Numbered from the whole stretch's first letter, positions 14,105 through 26,740 are shown. The stretch: DNA of 58,585 bases, filler included, from Squatina squatina (GCA_031763465.1; 4 parts of 4 records of this genome joined end to end with filler, not necessarily neighbours in it), one strand, 5' to 3'. Translations and numbers: made by a program. The notes: a model not told the origin generated them from the sequence alone.

Positions 14105-14325
14105 AAGAGCTTGCATTTATATAGTGCCTTTCAGGACCTCAGGACGTCCCAAAGTTCATCACAGCCAATCTGAATGTCTGAAAGTGTAGTCGCTGTTGTA
14201 AATGCAGCAAGGTGTAAACATGACTCACGTGGAGTATAAATACCAGCATACCTATTGGGGTGAATGGCCTGTTCCTGTGCTGAAAAATTCTATGCAAGGT
14301 CCCACAAACAGCAATGCGATAGAGG
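14105..14325 (-). mobile_element. SINE 3' part with a nested 80-bp CR1-type tail
   Basis: agcttgcatttatatagtgcctttcaggacctcaggacgtcccaaag...cccacaaacagcaatg is interrupted at 14214-14293, and the insert is flanked by a gcaaggt duplication. Confidence 0.75.
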
Positions 14326-14344
14326 ATGTTGATTTTAAAAATTA

Positions 14345-14640
14345 ATTCATGGGATGTGAGCTTCACTGGCAAGGCGAGCATTTATTGTCCATCCCTAATT
14401 GCCCTTCAGAAGGGGGTGGTGAGCTTCTTGAACCGCTGCAGTCCTTGTGGTGAAGGCACTCCCACAGTGCTGTTAGGGAGGGAGTTCTAAGATTTTGACC
14501 AGGTGACGGTGAAGGAATGGCGATATAATTTGGATGGTGTGTAACTTGGAGAACTTGCAGCTGATGGTGCTCCCATGTGCCTGCTGGCCTTGTCCTTCTA
14601 GGTGGTCAAAGTTTGGGAGGTGCTGCCCAAGAAGCCTTGG
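14345..14640 (-). mobile_element. LINE (CR1/L2 group) 3' end; further copies at 27050-27169 (-), 27335-27416 (+), 46235-46360 (-)
   Basis: The block attcatgggatgtg...agcatttattgyccatccctaattgccctt recurs in four places in the window. The minus-strand reading resembles WNSLPNSTVGVPSPxGLQRFKK..HHLLKGN*. Confidence 0.75.
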
Positions 14641-14844
14641 CTTAGAACTCGCTCCCTCTAGCTAGCTGTACCTAATCTGTAATTTCTGCATATGTAGGCA
14701 AAGTGCGATGCTATTCCATCTGGATTTCTGATGCAGGTAGGTAATGCCCATCATCATTTTATCAGCTGAATTCACTTCATTTACCCTGTGTGTATTTTAT
14801 GCAAGAACATCCTGAGAAATCCGTCTCAACTTTCTTCTTGATAG

Positions 14845-14993
14845 GAGCAGCGGCATAAAGAAATGTCTATCCAACCCCAGTCAGCAACAGCATCCACAAC
14901 GGTCTCTCCAAGCTCCACATCAGGGAAAAGCATCAGTACAACTGCAGCAGTTGATCTGTTCTCCGTACCCACGCCAGCAACAAGTACTAATAG
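14845..14993 (+). CDS. PICALM/SNAP91-family (CALM/AP180-like) internal exon
   Basis: Acceptor ttcttgatAG, donor GTaaac. Encodes EQRHKEMSIQPQSATASTTVSPSSTSGKSISTTAAVDLFSVPTPATSTN, aligning with recalled PICALM EQRLKELAKK...PAIDIFSTP. Ends in phase 2, compatible with the next exon. Confidence 0.85.
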
Positions 14994-16227
14994 GTAAACA
15001 TCTTTTAGTTAAACTTTATGAAGTAGTAATGGCTAATGATTCACATCTGATGTCTGCTAATTACCCCAAATATGAGTTCACTTGACTTAATTTATCCAAG
15101 TTACATGCCCCAACTTCTTGTCAGTTATTTTGTATATTTAATGTATTAAGATAAAGAAAGTAACAGCAAATTGCCAATAATTGGATTGTAGTAGCATTGG
15201 ACTCTGTCAGGGAGCTCATACATGAATTTCAACCTAGATCATTCTAAAACTTGCGTGGCCTTACCAGATNNNNNNNNNNNNNNNNNNNNNNNNNNNNNNN
15301 NNNNNNNNNNNNNNNNNNNNNNNNNNNNNNNNNNNNNNNNNNNNNNNNNNNNNNNNNNNNNNNNNNNNNNNNNNNNNNNNNNNNNNNNNNNNNNNNNNNN
15401 NNNNNNNNNNNNNNNNNNNNNNNNNNNNNNNNNNNNNNNNNNNNNNNNNNNNNNNNNNNNNNNNNNNNNNNNNNNNNNNNNNNNNNNNNNNNNNNNNNNN
15501 NNNNNNNNNNNNNNNNNNNNNNNNNNNNNNNNNNNNNNNNNNNNNNNNNNNNNNNNNNNNNNNNNNNNNNNNNNNNNNNNNNNNNNNNNNNNNNNNNNNN
15601 NNNNNNNNNNNNNNNNNNNNNNNNNNNNNNNNNNNNNNNNNNNNNNNNNNNNNNNNNNNNNNNNNNNNNNNNNNNNNNNNNNNNNNNNNNNNNNNNNNNN
15701 NNNNNNNNNNNNNNNNNNNNNNNNNNNNNNNNNNNNNNNNNNNNNNNNNNNNNNNNNNNNNNNNNNNNNNNNNNNNNNNNNNNNNNNNNNNNNNNNNNNN
15801 NNNNNNNNNNNNNNNNNNNNNNNNNNNNNNNNNNNNNNNNNNNNNNNNNNNNNNNNNNNNNNNNNNNNNNNNNNNNNNNNNNNNNNNNNNNNNNNNNNNN
15901 NNNNNNNNNNNNNNNNNNNNNNNNNNNNNNNNNNNNNNNNNNNNNNNNNNNNNNNNNNNNNNNNNNNNNNNNNNNNNNNNNNNNNNNNNNNNNNNNNNNN
16001 NNNNNNNNNNNNNNNNNNNNNNNNNNNNCTGAAAACAAAAGGCAGATTGAAAATAACATTTTTGCAGATCGACTACCGTTAACTCGCTGGCTGGCTGATT
16101 TATCAATTGCCGACTTTTTTTAAAACCTGTCAGTGCGCAAATGAATAGACAGAGATGGAAAGGAAGGCTACGGAACAGCGTGCATCAGCAGCACGGGCAT
16201 CTTGCATTATATTCACCTATTAAAATT

Positions 16228-16309
16228 GAACACCCGTGGTTCGGAAAATCCTGTGCTTTGGCACGGGTCAGGTCCCGAGGGTGCCGGATTATTGAGGTCG
16301 TACCTGTAC
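16228..16309. mobile_element. Possible Tigger/pogo-type MITE end
   Basis: ggttcggaaaatcc...gccggattattgaggtcgtacCTG-TA ends in CTG plus TA, as Tc1/mariner-pogo termini do. Confidence 0.4.
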
Positions 16310-16455
16310 TTGGATATGCACTTGAGGTGCCGTAAACTGCAGGGTTATGGACCAAGAACTGGAAATTGGGATTGGATTGTGTAGCTCTCTTTCGACCGGC
16401 GCAGACACAGTGGGCCGAATGGCCTCCTTCTGTGTCATAATTTTCCATGATTCTT
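16310..16455 (+). mobile_element. CR1-type LINE 3' end
   Basis: gggttatggaccaag...cagacacagtgggccgaatggcctccttctgtgtcataattttccatgattct is a typical CR1/HE1-type 3' tail. Confidence 0.75.
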
Positions 16456-17719
16456 GAGCTGGAGAATTTGTAATGAGCCACTGCTCAAGATCAATTCACA
16501 AGCAAAACACAGCACAGAAGGCGAGATAAAATTATGATGAATGTTAATGCTCCTGTTAAATCAGTCTTGAGAGGTGTGTAATGGGTGACTAATTCTGTGA
16601 GAAAATTGGAAGAGTGCAATTATTGTCCAGTGTGGAAATTCAGTAAAATTATTGGGATTCAGAAAACTAAACCTCTATCTTCTTGCACTCTACATGCTTG
16701 AACTAAAAATCACTCATTTTTGATACTGACTTTTAAACCAGTAAATTATGAATAAGTTAAAGTTCATGATTAAAACATGAGGCAAATCTGTATCTATAAA
16801 CACAAGTGTGTAATGTACAAATTAATAAAACTGACATTTTGAATATTTTCAGTGAAATGATGTGAACAACATGGTGAAATGTAAACTTACAAAAGAATCA
16901 ATTACAATGAACCACAAACAGTCTTAATTCATTTATAATTTTATTTTAAAATTCCACTAAATTTGAAGGACAGCTTTGCAAGATCTCGACTGAAACCGCA
17001 ATGCAAGAGATGCTGGCACTTAAACCAATCCTCCCTGATCATATTGGGAACACACAAGCTGCTGTTGATGTATCTTTGCATTCTTTGTAAATCCAAAATG
17101 TCTGCATGGGATACGAGAGTGAAGCTTTAAGCATGGTATTATTCATGTAATAATCTCTCAAGATTATTTGGAACCCTGTCCCTTGTACACATGAGTGCAA
17201 ATAGTTTGCTGAAGCATTTATTAGATTGCCATACTTCAACATCTCCCAAGACTTTTCCAAATCTGGCCTTGTGTGTTCTCAAGAACTAAGGGACAAATTT
17301 GTATTTATCTGCCCTGTTACTTGGCTCCTGCTGCGCTTTGTTATGCAACCAAAAATCATCTTAATATTGATCGTGCGTCAGTGGATGTGCTTACTGTCAA
17401 CAGTGCACATTCCCTATAATAGAGACAAGCTGTAAGACTGTGGCATCTGGAACTTAAGAGTGGTGATTGAAGGTAATGCAAAATGTGGAATTATTTCCTA
17501 TTAACTTCCCAATGGATCCAGTAGGGACCAGTGGTATGCAGATATAAATAAAATTCTAGCAGAACAGTTCTTGGATATTACAAGTTTCCACCTGAGCTCC
17601 ACTCTCCCAGTATCAACCTAGAAATGCCATAACAAACAAATTTTTAAAGTCCATGGAAAAGGATTATCTTAAAAGTCTGTGTGTGAAATTAACTTGGAAC
17701 TTTTTGGTTTCTTGTCCAG

Positions 17720-17823
17720 TGCACCTAACCTGTCCAACGATATCTTCAACCTGCAGTCAGCTTTTGTACCTACAGTGCAGAGCACCCCAGCAATATCAAC
17801 CTCAGTATCTAATGCATGGGGAG
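17720..17823 (+). CDS. PICALM/SNAP91-family internal exon
   Basis: Acceptor cttgtccAG, donor GTAAGT, phase 2 to phase 1. Encodes (S)APNLSNDIFNLQSAFVPTVQSTPAISTSVSNAWG, similar to PICALM SKLPNDLLDLQ...ASTWG. Confidence 0.88.
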
Positions 17824-18067
17824 GTAAGTTACTCTTGTATACTGTAGCACCTGTATACTGTAACAATTATTGTAGCACCATTATGCTTCATATTGCTGTG
17901 GGATAAACTTGACTGTTTCTGGGTGGAGTGTAATCATCAGCATTGTTTGTTTCACTTTGGATGAAAAGATTTGATGGTTTACAGTACGGAAGATTGAGGA
18001 AAGGATATTAACTTTCTGTGTTCCTAATTTTTTTGCAATGTGGCTGTTTATGCTGGGTTTACAAGGC

Positions 18068-18440
18068 ATCTGATACAAAAGTGATTTTCCAGAATTCTCT
18101 AGGTTCCACATAAGAGACTATTAGCAAAGATGATAATGCATTGAATTAGAAGCAACCTATTGACATGGGCAGGGAATTGATTGGGAGGTAGAAGATAGAT
18201 TAGGGATAATGGGAATGTACATGGTGTGACTAGTGGTGCCCCCCAGGGATCTGTAGGGGGCCTCAGCTTTTCACCATATTTATCAATGATATAGATGAAG
18301 GAATAGAGGACCGTATATCCAAGTTTGCTGACTACACTAAGTTGCAAAGGGACATTGATAGATTAAGTGAGTGGGCAGGTGGAGTTCTGTGTGAGGTCAT
18401 CCATTTTGGACCTAAGTAAAGATGAAACAGAGTATTTTGA
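18068..18440 (+). mobile_element. CR1-clade LINE reverse-transcriptase fragment
   Basis: gtgactagtggtgccccccagggatctgta...cagcttttcaccatatttatcaatgat...tccaagtttgctgactacactaag gives the decayed motifs VTSGxPQGSV, QLFTIFIND and ISKFADxTKL. Confidence 0.88.
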
Positions 18441-19747
18441 CATGAGTTAATGAAGAAAATCCCACTTCAGGCAGATACGTGAGGCAAAGTGGACAACTAT
18501 TTCAGCACTCTTTGGAACAACTAGGAGCACTGTCTTTTTTAAACTGGGAGCTAGAACTGATCACAATGCACGACTTAAAAATTGTGTCTCAAAACAGTCA
18601 CCAGCACCGTCTATCAAATTTCCTTTTAGACTCCCTGCAACCTTGACCTTAGCTACAGAGTCCTCTGAAGATGGATTTCAGACCGAGGTGAAATCCTGAA
18701 ATTCATTTGCCTCTCTCAGGAAAAATATCTGAATTTTGTGCAAAGCTAAGATAAATGCTCCAGAATTACATCTTTAACTTGTAAGACCGACATTTCGCAG
18801 TCCATAATAACAGAAGGCAGTGGTAACAGTGTAGTTACATTGTCTTGCAGCTCTTAACTATTCCATTGCTAAAAGTTTTTTTTGGCAAAGCTGTGTACTT
18901 TCTCCTGCACAATTACAATGCTTACCTTGCAAAGAAAGGTTAAGTTCATTGAGCCTGTCAAATATATTGGACAAATAGCCCAGTAAAACCTGGAAGTTCT
19001 GATCGAGGAATGGTGAAGTCGTGATTCAGTCGGTCAAAACCATGCAACACTCTTTTCCCCCAGTTTGCAGATTTTGGTTAAAACTTTACCAAGTTCATTT
19101 TGTTTCATGCAAGACCTTCAGCACAAACAGCACATTGTAGTCAACGATTTTCATTAGTACCAGTAAAATGTGAATCCCAAGCCCAAGTAGGAAAGATTGT
19201 ATTTTTTTTTGGCCTGGTTCCACTTGTTCCTTCCACAAGATCAACGTGCTCATTTTTTATGCTTCATTTCCTCACCATTGTCGAACACCAAGCATTCATC
19301 ACGTCAATTATATGGCCTGCGGGAGCTAGTGGGTGTTCAGAACACTTGAATTTGAAATGGCAGATCAGTGCAGATACCAATTCGATCCAGGATTATCTGG
19401 ACTGGTAGAAAACAATAATATTGTGAAGAGATACTGCTTACCTGGTGGGTGCCTGCACCTGCTACCAATGTAGCCGTACCCGACTATTGTGCTTTACTAT
19501 GGTAAACTGGCAATCAAAGGTCTGGATTTCTTTAAATGTTAAAGAAACTGAGTAAATTTAAGTAACTTCAAAGAAAAAGGTGTATACTGATNNNNNNNNN
19601 NNNNNNNNNNNNNNNNNNNNNNNNNNNNNNNNNNNNNNNNNNNNNNNNNNNNNNNNNNNNNNNNNNNNNNNNNNNNNNNNNNNNNNNNNNNAGGACTGTA
19701 CACGTGGGCTTTGCCTTAACTTTGTAACTCCATATTTTCTTACTAAG

Positions 19748-19879
19748 GTTTTGGTCAACCAGGTGAAATGCTGATGCCAACTCTCCTTGCCAAAAGTCAG
19801 ACAACAACCCCAGTGAGCCAGCAGAATAGCAAGCTACTAGCAACTGACTTGGATTCATCCCTCGCCAACCTTGTGGGCA
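19748..19879 (+). CDS. PICALM/SNAP91-family internal exon
   Basis: Acceptor ttcttactaAG, donor GTacgt, 132 nt phase 1-1. Encodes (G)FGQPGEMLMPTLLAKSQTTTPVSQQNSKLLATDLDSSLANLVG; DLDSSLANLVG is a hallmark of PICALM/AP180 C-termini. Confidence 0.92.
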
Positions 19880-20663
19880 GTACGTATTTACGAACAAGCT
19901 AGTCTATTGCTATTTGAGGAGAGTCCTGAGGGGCTAAAGTGATTGTGGGCAACTCTTTCTAAGCTAATATCCCAATTTCTGCTCTGGTTAGGCTGTTGCA
20001 CCTGGTCCCATAACTGGAGTAATTATTTGAAGATCATGTAGTTTACAAATCTGCATTGCTGTTCAAAAATCTTACAAACCTCACAGAAGTTTCTTTCTTT
20101 AACAATTATATTGGAGTTTAGCGAGAAATCTTGACTAAATTGTGTCCTGTAATGTGCCATCTCAGTCAGAAATCCAGTTTCCTGCACTGCAAGGNNNNNN
20201 NNNNNNNNNNNNNNNNNNNNNNNNNNNNNNNNNNNNNNNNNNNNNNNNNNNNNNNNNNNNNNNNNNNNNNNNNNNNNNNNNNNNNNNNNNNNNNTTAATG
20301 GAGCTCAGGTAAACATTGCACTTAAACTATTCATTTCATATGGGCCTTTTTCTCCATTTATAAGTCAGCACCAAACACCCTCTTTGTAAAGGAATGAATT
20401 ACAGTTAATTTCTTCCCTGAACTTTCAGTGACTTTTTTTAGAACATGGCACTACTTATGTGCAACAGACATTTGACTTCAGTAGTTACAATGGCAAGTGT
20501 CAATTATACAAAACCCCAACCCCCAAGTGAAGGACTTGCCACATGTGGCCACGTGTGGGTTTTCTGATTGCTGACAGATGAACACAAAAGTGGCTATTTT
20601 CATACATTCCTTTTCATACTAGAAAGCGTTTTTTTTTACTAATATCCTTCTCCATTCTCTCAG

Positions 20664-20678
20664 TTGCAGTTCATGTAG
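20664..20678 (+). CDS. PICALM-like terminal coding exon (LQFM-stop), followed by a probable long 3'UTR
   Basis: Pyrimidine tract ccttctccattctctcAG then TTG CAG TTC ATG TAG. PICALM ends in a short last exon IQFM*. Confidence 0.8.
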   Translation: MQFM

Positions 20679-23600
20679 AGACAGCGGAGCTGCATCAACA
20701 CACAGTTCAGTAAGCACCAAATACCTGGATGAAGGCAGATGAACACAGACCAAGACTCGAGGCTTATTCATCATTTTAAACTGTCATTGAACTTGCATTA
20801 TCTTACTGATTCCCAATCTAAATTTACAATCAAATGCAAGATCTGTTTTGTGTAGGGAAATAATGAGTAGAAAACAGTCCAATCTGTCTTGAATGGTCAT
20901 CGATCCACTGAACAGGCTTGAATAGATGTTGCTATTTATTGACCTGTTCGATGCAGTTTCTTTTCTTCTCTCTGCTGAACATAACTGAAACTACTCCTGA
21001 CCCTAGCATCAGGAAAATGAAGAATGTACAAGAGGTTACCAGTAAATATTAGCAATTGAACAGAGCCTGAAAAGAAATTGCAAGGTGGCAGCCCAGCCAG
21101 ATTAGGACAAAGTCCTAAACTGTTCATAGATCCTATCAGACCTCTTGATTTGGTTTTTAATCTTTAACTTACTGCCAGATAAGTATTTCAATTCAATACT
21201 TTTAAAATGAATGTTGCTATTAACAGTCCTGTTTACTTCCTGTTCCTTTTCACCAGTTTAGGAGGATTTCATCCTCTTATGACTGGGTGCATTGTATTAC
21301 ATGTTTTTTGGCTGGCAACAGTTACTGGGTTATCTTGGTGCTTTGCTGTGCAGAATGTGAGAGTTCATTTTTTACAATGTGTGAAAGAAAAAAGTATAGT
21401 CAGATTTGGAAAAAAGGTCTAATACATGTGTTTTTGGGGTGTTTATTTTGGACAATTTCAAATCATGAAGCAGCTAGCACTTTTTTGTTAAGTTGTAGTT
21501 GCCAATATGTTTTTCAATATTACAAAGATTAAATCAGAGAAATTGACCATTGTTGAATTGGGGTAAGCCAATTGAGGAAAGGTCAGGTGGAGCATCTAAA
21601 TTCTGTTTATACCACTGAATGATGGCTCTCAGATATAGTTTAATCAGAGATGGTCTGTTCTGATCACCTCTAAACTTGAATTCACCGATGGGTTTAGCTT
21701 GAGCTGGGGAGGAGTACAGTTGCTAACAGAACAAGTTGTAGGATACTATTGCTCTAGTGTAACTTGGAACATCTGCTGAATACAGCATGTGCATATGAAG
21801 TAACTGAGCCGAAGCTACTCATCTATTTCTGGATATGTGTACATTTCCTCCAAATAGCCACTCCTTCCCCTATATCCACACACTTAAAAGAAGATAATGT
21901 TATAACTATATATTTAGTCAACGTGGATTCCCTTATTTTGTACACCCCACTAACTATGCTGAAGGTGCTCATGACACCTGAACTTGTGTTTCTTCTGACT
22001 TCAGCTCTTGAGCTGCTAATGGAATTAAAGATTTAATTCCTATGCCCCTACTTTTCCCCCTTTCCAACTCCAAATCAAGTTTATGGTAATATTATGCAGT
22101 TTGACTAGCTCAGTTTACAGAGAGTTTTTGCTGTAGGTTTGATTTTGAAACTGCTTTGCAAACCAAATACATTTTTAAAAGGACAACTCAGCAAAGATCA
22201 CTGGATATTCAGAAATGTTGTGTCGCGGGAGTTGATCCACCAAAGGCAGGCCAATCAACCACAGATGCTGATGCAGTAGCAGTGTGTTGTATCAAGCTGC
22301 ATAGTACAGAAATGATTGGGAGGGATGAGGTCAAAGCTAACAATANNNNNNNNNNNNNNNNNNNNNNNNNNNNNNNNNNNNNNNNNNNNNNNNNNNNNNN
22401 NNNNNNNNNNNNNNNNNNNNNNNNNNNNNNNNNNNNNNNNNNNNNNNNNNNNNNNNNNNNNNNNNNNNNNNNNNNNNNNNNNNNNNNNNNNCATTCTGTG
22501 AAGTAATGCATTTCAGAAGAACCAATGGGTATCCTGTTTTACATTGGCCTAAGTATTGGGATCACCAATTTAATTAGCAACTGGCTAGTGAGTAACCATG
22601 AGGAAGTTATCTTTTTTTCCTCCTTCCCCCAAAGTATAGAACCAATGATGGATGAAAACCTATAAATTTTCAAACACATGCAATTTGAAGTGTGCCTGTC
22701 CTTAGTGCTTAATGACTTTCTCAAACTTGAAATAGTAATTTTCCCCCAAATTGCACTACTTGGTGTTTTGCATCGAAGATGGAAAATCTATTCTTAAGAG
22801 ATGACTGTTGATGTAGGTTGGACTGTGAATGTTATATAAATCTGTGCCAACACAAAATTATCCATATGTAGCTGGTGAATGGTTACAATTCTAAATAAAA
22901 AAAACTATTGAAATATGTGAATTTTGGTATACATATAGCACAGCTCTTCCTCTTTAACTTGCAACAGTAACCCAAGAAGATTTGTACAAATTTATCTGTT
23001 ACCATTTTAATTTAAATTTATAAAAGTTTTGAAAAATCAGGAAAAACTACATTTCTGTTACTATTTATTTTTAATCATTTATGTCAGTTTTTCCCCATCT
23101 AAATTTAATATTTTATAACTTAAAAATTGCAAACTCTGAAGCCTGTGTTCTGTAACGGACAATTAAATAAGTATCATTGGGGCTAATGAGTTTTGTTTGG
23201 TTTTGCCTATAGTTCATTCCTTGCTCCAGGGATTTTCATGGANNNNNNNNNNNNNNNNNNNNNNNNNNNNNNNNNNNNNNNNNNNNNNNNNNNNNNNNNN
23301 NNNNNNNNNNNNNNNNNNNNNNNNNNNNNNNNNNNNNNNNNNTTTCTTTTCCATCTTTTTGATACAGTTTAGAGTAGGGCTTTAGCTCAGTTTATTGGGT
23401 TGGGTAGGGAGAGGAGGGGAGACAGAGGACAAAATGTACAGTTGCTTTTGTGCCAAAAGCCTATGTTTTCTCTGGATTTTCATCTAAAAGTACAAAATTT
23501 GAAGCAGAATTTTTTTTAAGGAAAACAAAAGTTGGCTCGAGAATTAAAATTGAAATCCACATTATTTACCCACAGATCAAGCAAATATTTCAAGTTTTGA

Positions 23601-26258
23601 ACAATAGCCTGATTTTTACATTTATGCAGATTTATACAGTGCCAGGAATGCAAAGTAAATCATTGTTAGTACAGCACCTTTGCTGAACTAGATATGCAGG
23701 GAAATCATCCTTTTTTTAAAAAAAATTAAGCGACTATATTTTTGTTCTAATGCATTTGCGTAATTCAAGGAGATGGCATTCATGTAGAAAACGAGAACTG
23801 TTAAAGTGTACTTGCTTTAAAATTGCTTTCAGCTGTCAAGCATAGTGAAATAGTTGTGTGCAGCTGTTCTCTTCCCACCCTACCCAGATAACTTTGGTAA
23901 AAGTCATTACGTAATTTTCATAACTAATCATACTGCTGCCTCAAATTGATGTAAATCACAGCCAGCATCTTCATTTTAGATAATGAGGACTGTTGTGAGT
24001 TTGCTTAATTTTTGTTTTGCACTGAACTAACTGTATTGGAAGGGGGTGGGGGAGGTGTGGTAGAGAGAGAGAAAAAACAAGAGGAGGAACACCCCTTATT
24101 TGAGTCAAGCCTATGTATGTCAGTTACTGGGTAGGTCTTTCATCTGAAATGTGTAATCCATGTTACAGAATGTTCTGCAGCGACAAAGTCGTTGTCTGTT
24201 TAGCCCTGTTGGAGTGTACAGTACACCATGAAATAACTACAAGTTCAGCCTATGGAGGCTGAGCTGATCTGCATTTATGAAAATGCACATTTAAAACAAT
24301 CAATGTTATCTTGCATAGAAACAGAAAATGCTGGAAACACTCAGCAGGACAAGACTGGAATTTGCCATATTTTCAAAAGAGGCTTTGCTGCAGGCTTCCT
24401 AGCTTGCTTGCAAGGAGAGAAATATGAACGGCAGGCTACTTAAGCTTAAGAGCAGAAAACCTTGCTAATTATGCTCAGTATTAAAATCAGAGTTTGCACA
24501 AGTAATTTATTTTTTAAAATGATGGATTTAGAATAAGTGGCAAATTTTAGGAATCTTCATTTTGTAGTAATAAAAATTACATTCCACATGCCATAGAGAT
24601 GCTATTGCAAGACCCTTTCAATCAGTAACATTCAGTAGAGCCCTTCAAGTTGCTGGCAGCATAGGCCAACAAAGCTTGTTTAAATGCAGTTTCCTATATT
24701 GCCATTGATCATAGCACTTTCCTATTTCCCTACCCCCACGTTGGCTTATTGTACCTGTTGCTTTGACTTTGTGGCTGTGTGATCAGTGGGTTATATTAAG
24801 TTGCAATATGCTAGGGCCCCTATAGTACTGATGTACAAACCATTTTTCTCACCCGACTGCAGACTTTAATGTCTATTACAAGTTGGGAGTTACCAACTAA
24901 TCTCTTAATTGCATACAAATGTGCCAATGCAGTGAGCAGCCAGCAGAATAGGCTGTACAGAAAGTTGGTTTCCTTGCTACCTCCAATATTAAATTCTAAT
25001 TGACTCGATCTTACAAAAGTAATCTAGCTGCAATAATTTCTTCAGGTTTTGATTTGCATGGAAACTCCTTCAAAAGCACTTGTCTGCATATATTTTGCAA
25101 AAATATTTCTTTTTTTTAAGTTCCACTGTAGTTGAAGCACATTGACTTGCTGCTACCATTTTTGGTGAACCAATGCAATTTTTAAATTACCGAGGAAACA
25201 TTTAAACCTTCTATACTTCCTTACAGGTATGCTGTTTCTTCAGATTCCAGCCATACGCTATGTTTAGGATGCTTCCCTCAGATTAGTCTTTAACTTTAAA
25301 AAGTCACCATAACAACTCAATGACTTTTAAACAAGTAAAATGCTGAAAATATTTCCTTCACACTATAAACTACCTTTTCCATCATTTAACAGGCTTGTTG
25401 CATATATTTAGTGCATTAATAAAAATCTTCCAACATTTATATGTATCACTGTGGTAAATGTGTGAGCACTGAAATAAAGGGGGCAAATACCCTGGACTTT
25501 AGTGTATTTAGAAGGGGGAGTTGAACCGAATAAATAATTACAGCACTGTGGATCGGTGCTTCTTTGTAAATAAGTGCAGGAATTTCCTTTCTGTTTTTGG
25601 GTAGTTTGTGCTGTGAGGGGAACAAAAATAACTATCTCTGTGAATTGCAACAAATGAAAATTACGCTGTTGTATTGCATTTTTGCAGATTATATTTTTGA
25701 GTAATTGAAACCTGTATATGTTATCATTTATACATTTACAGTAATTAGTAAACTTAGAAAAATAGCAAGTTTCATCAGGGTTGTATTTGATTCTGAAATC
25801 AGTGTATGGGCAAGTGCATTATTGCATAATAAAGGAAATGTATTGAACACTTTTGCTTGTGGTTTTTCAAGTATTGGGCAATTTTAAATGNNNNNNNNNN
25901 NNNNNNNNNNNNNNNNNNNNNNNNNNNNNNNNNNNNNNNNNNNNNNNNNNNNNNNNNNNNNNNNNNNNNNNNNNNNNNNNNNNNNNNNNNTGGTTTTGAA
26001 CTTGCTGTATTTTGTAAATCAAGTATCCTCTTGTGCTTATTAGCTACAATGCTAGAAGCCTGCCTGCTGCTGTTCTGACAGATATCTCTGCAGTATGTGT
26101 ATTATAGACAAAAGAAAAACTGCATGAATCGAAGTCAGGTAGATTTTTTTTAGATCCATTTGTTGTTTGTGCAACCAGCCTTCTAGCCAGCTGGCTGTGA
26201 ATTGGTCAATTATGTGCTAGCAAACAATTTTAGTTGCGTTTTGTCGTAGAGAGGCCAA

Positions 26259-26525
26259 GTGTGAGATTAGACAGTGACTGCCGTCAGGTTATTTGACTAT
26301 AGGAAGGGGATCACAGCTGACCCAATCCTGCCCTCACCCACTGTTCACATGCACTTCTAGGATAACTAGAATCAGGAGCAAAACCCTAGCAGAATTTACC
26401 CTCCTTGTACTGGGATGCTGAGGCTGATTGTAGCTACCCCACCTCTGTCAAAGCTAACTCAATGCAGCAGGGTCAAATCTGGAAACTTTGTGGGCTGTAT
26501 GAGTCGTCAACTCCCATTTGGTGCT
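26259..26525 (-). mobile_element. LF-SINE-like element, partial
   Basis: gtgtgagattagacagtga..caggttatttgac..atcacagctgacccaatcctgccctcaccc..atcaggagcaaaaccct..gctgaggctgattgtagc..agctaactca; co-linear with 34045-34431. Confidence 0.7.
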
Positions 26526-26615
26526 TTCTCTTTTTTTTGCTGGCACATAAATGGTCTTCATTTTTCAAGTCCATCACTTAATCTGTTTTTTTCTTTCTAA
26601 TCTTCTGCCTTCTAG

Positions 26616-26740
26616 GAAGATGTTATTGCATTTATGAAGCAGCCCGGTAACGAGACAGCAGATCTGGTGCTGAGGAGGCTAGACGAGCAATATCAAAAAT
26701 ACAAATTCATGGAACTGAATCTATCGCAAAAGAAGAGAAG
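26616..26740 (+). CDS. VBP1: VBP1 (prefoldin subunit 3) exon 2
   Basis: Acceptor ctgccttctAG, donor GTAAGa. Encodes EDVIAFMKQPGNETADLVLRRLDEQYQKYKFMELNLSQKKR, matching recalled VBP1 EDVDSFMKQPGNETADTVLKKLDEQYQKYKFMELNLAQKKR. Confidence 0.96.

Noticed and set aside
15222-16123. Long ORFs in the track (also 2451-3016 and 44079-45130)
   Set aside because: Their length comes from runs of N translated as X.
17823-19748. Loss of the NPF-containing middle exons in the PICALM-like gene (direct WG-GF join)
   Set aside because: A placeholder gap at 19592-19691 could hide those exons, so absence cannot be shown.
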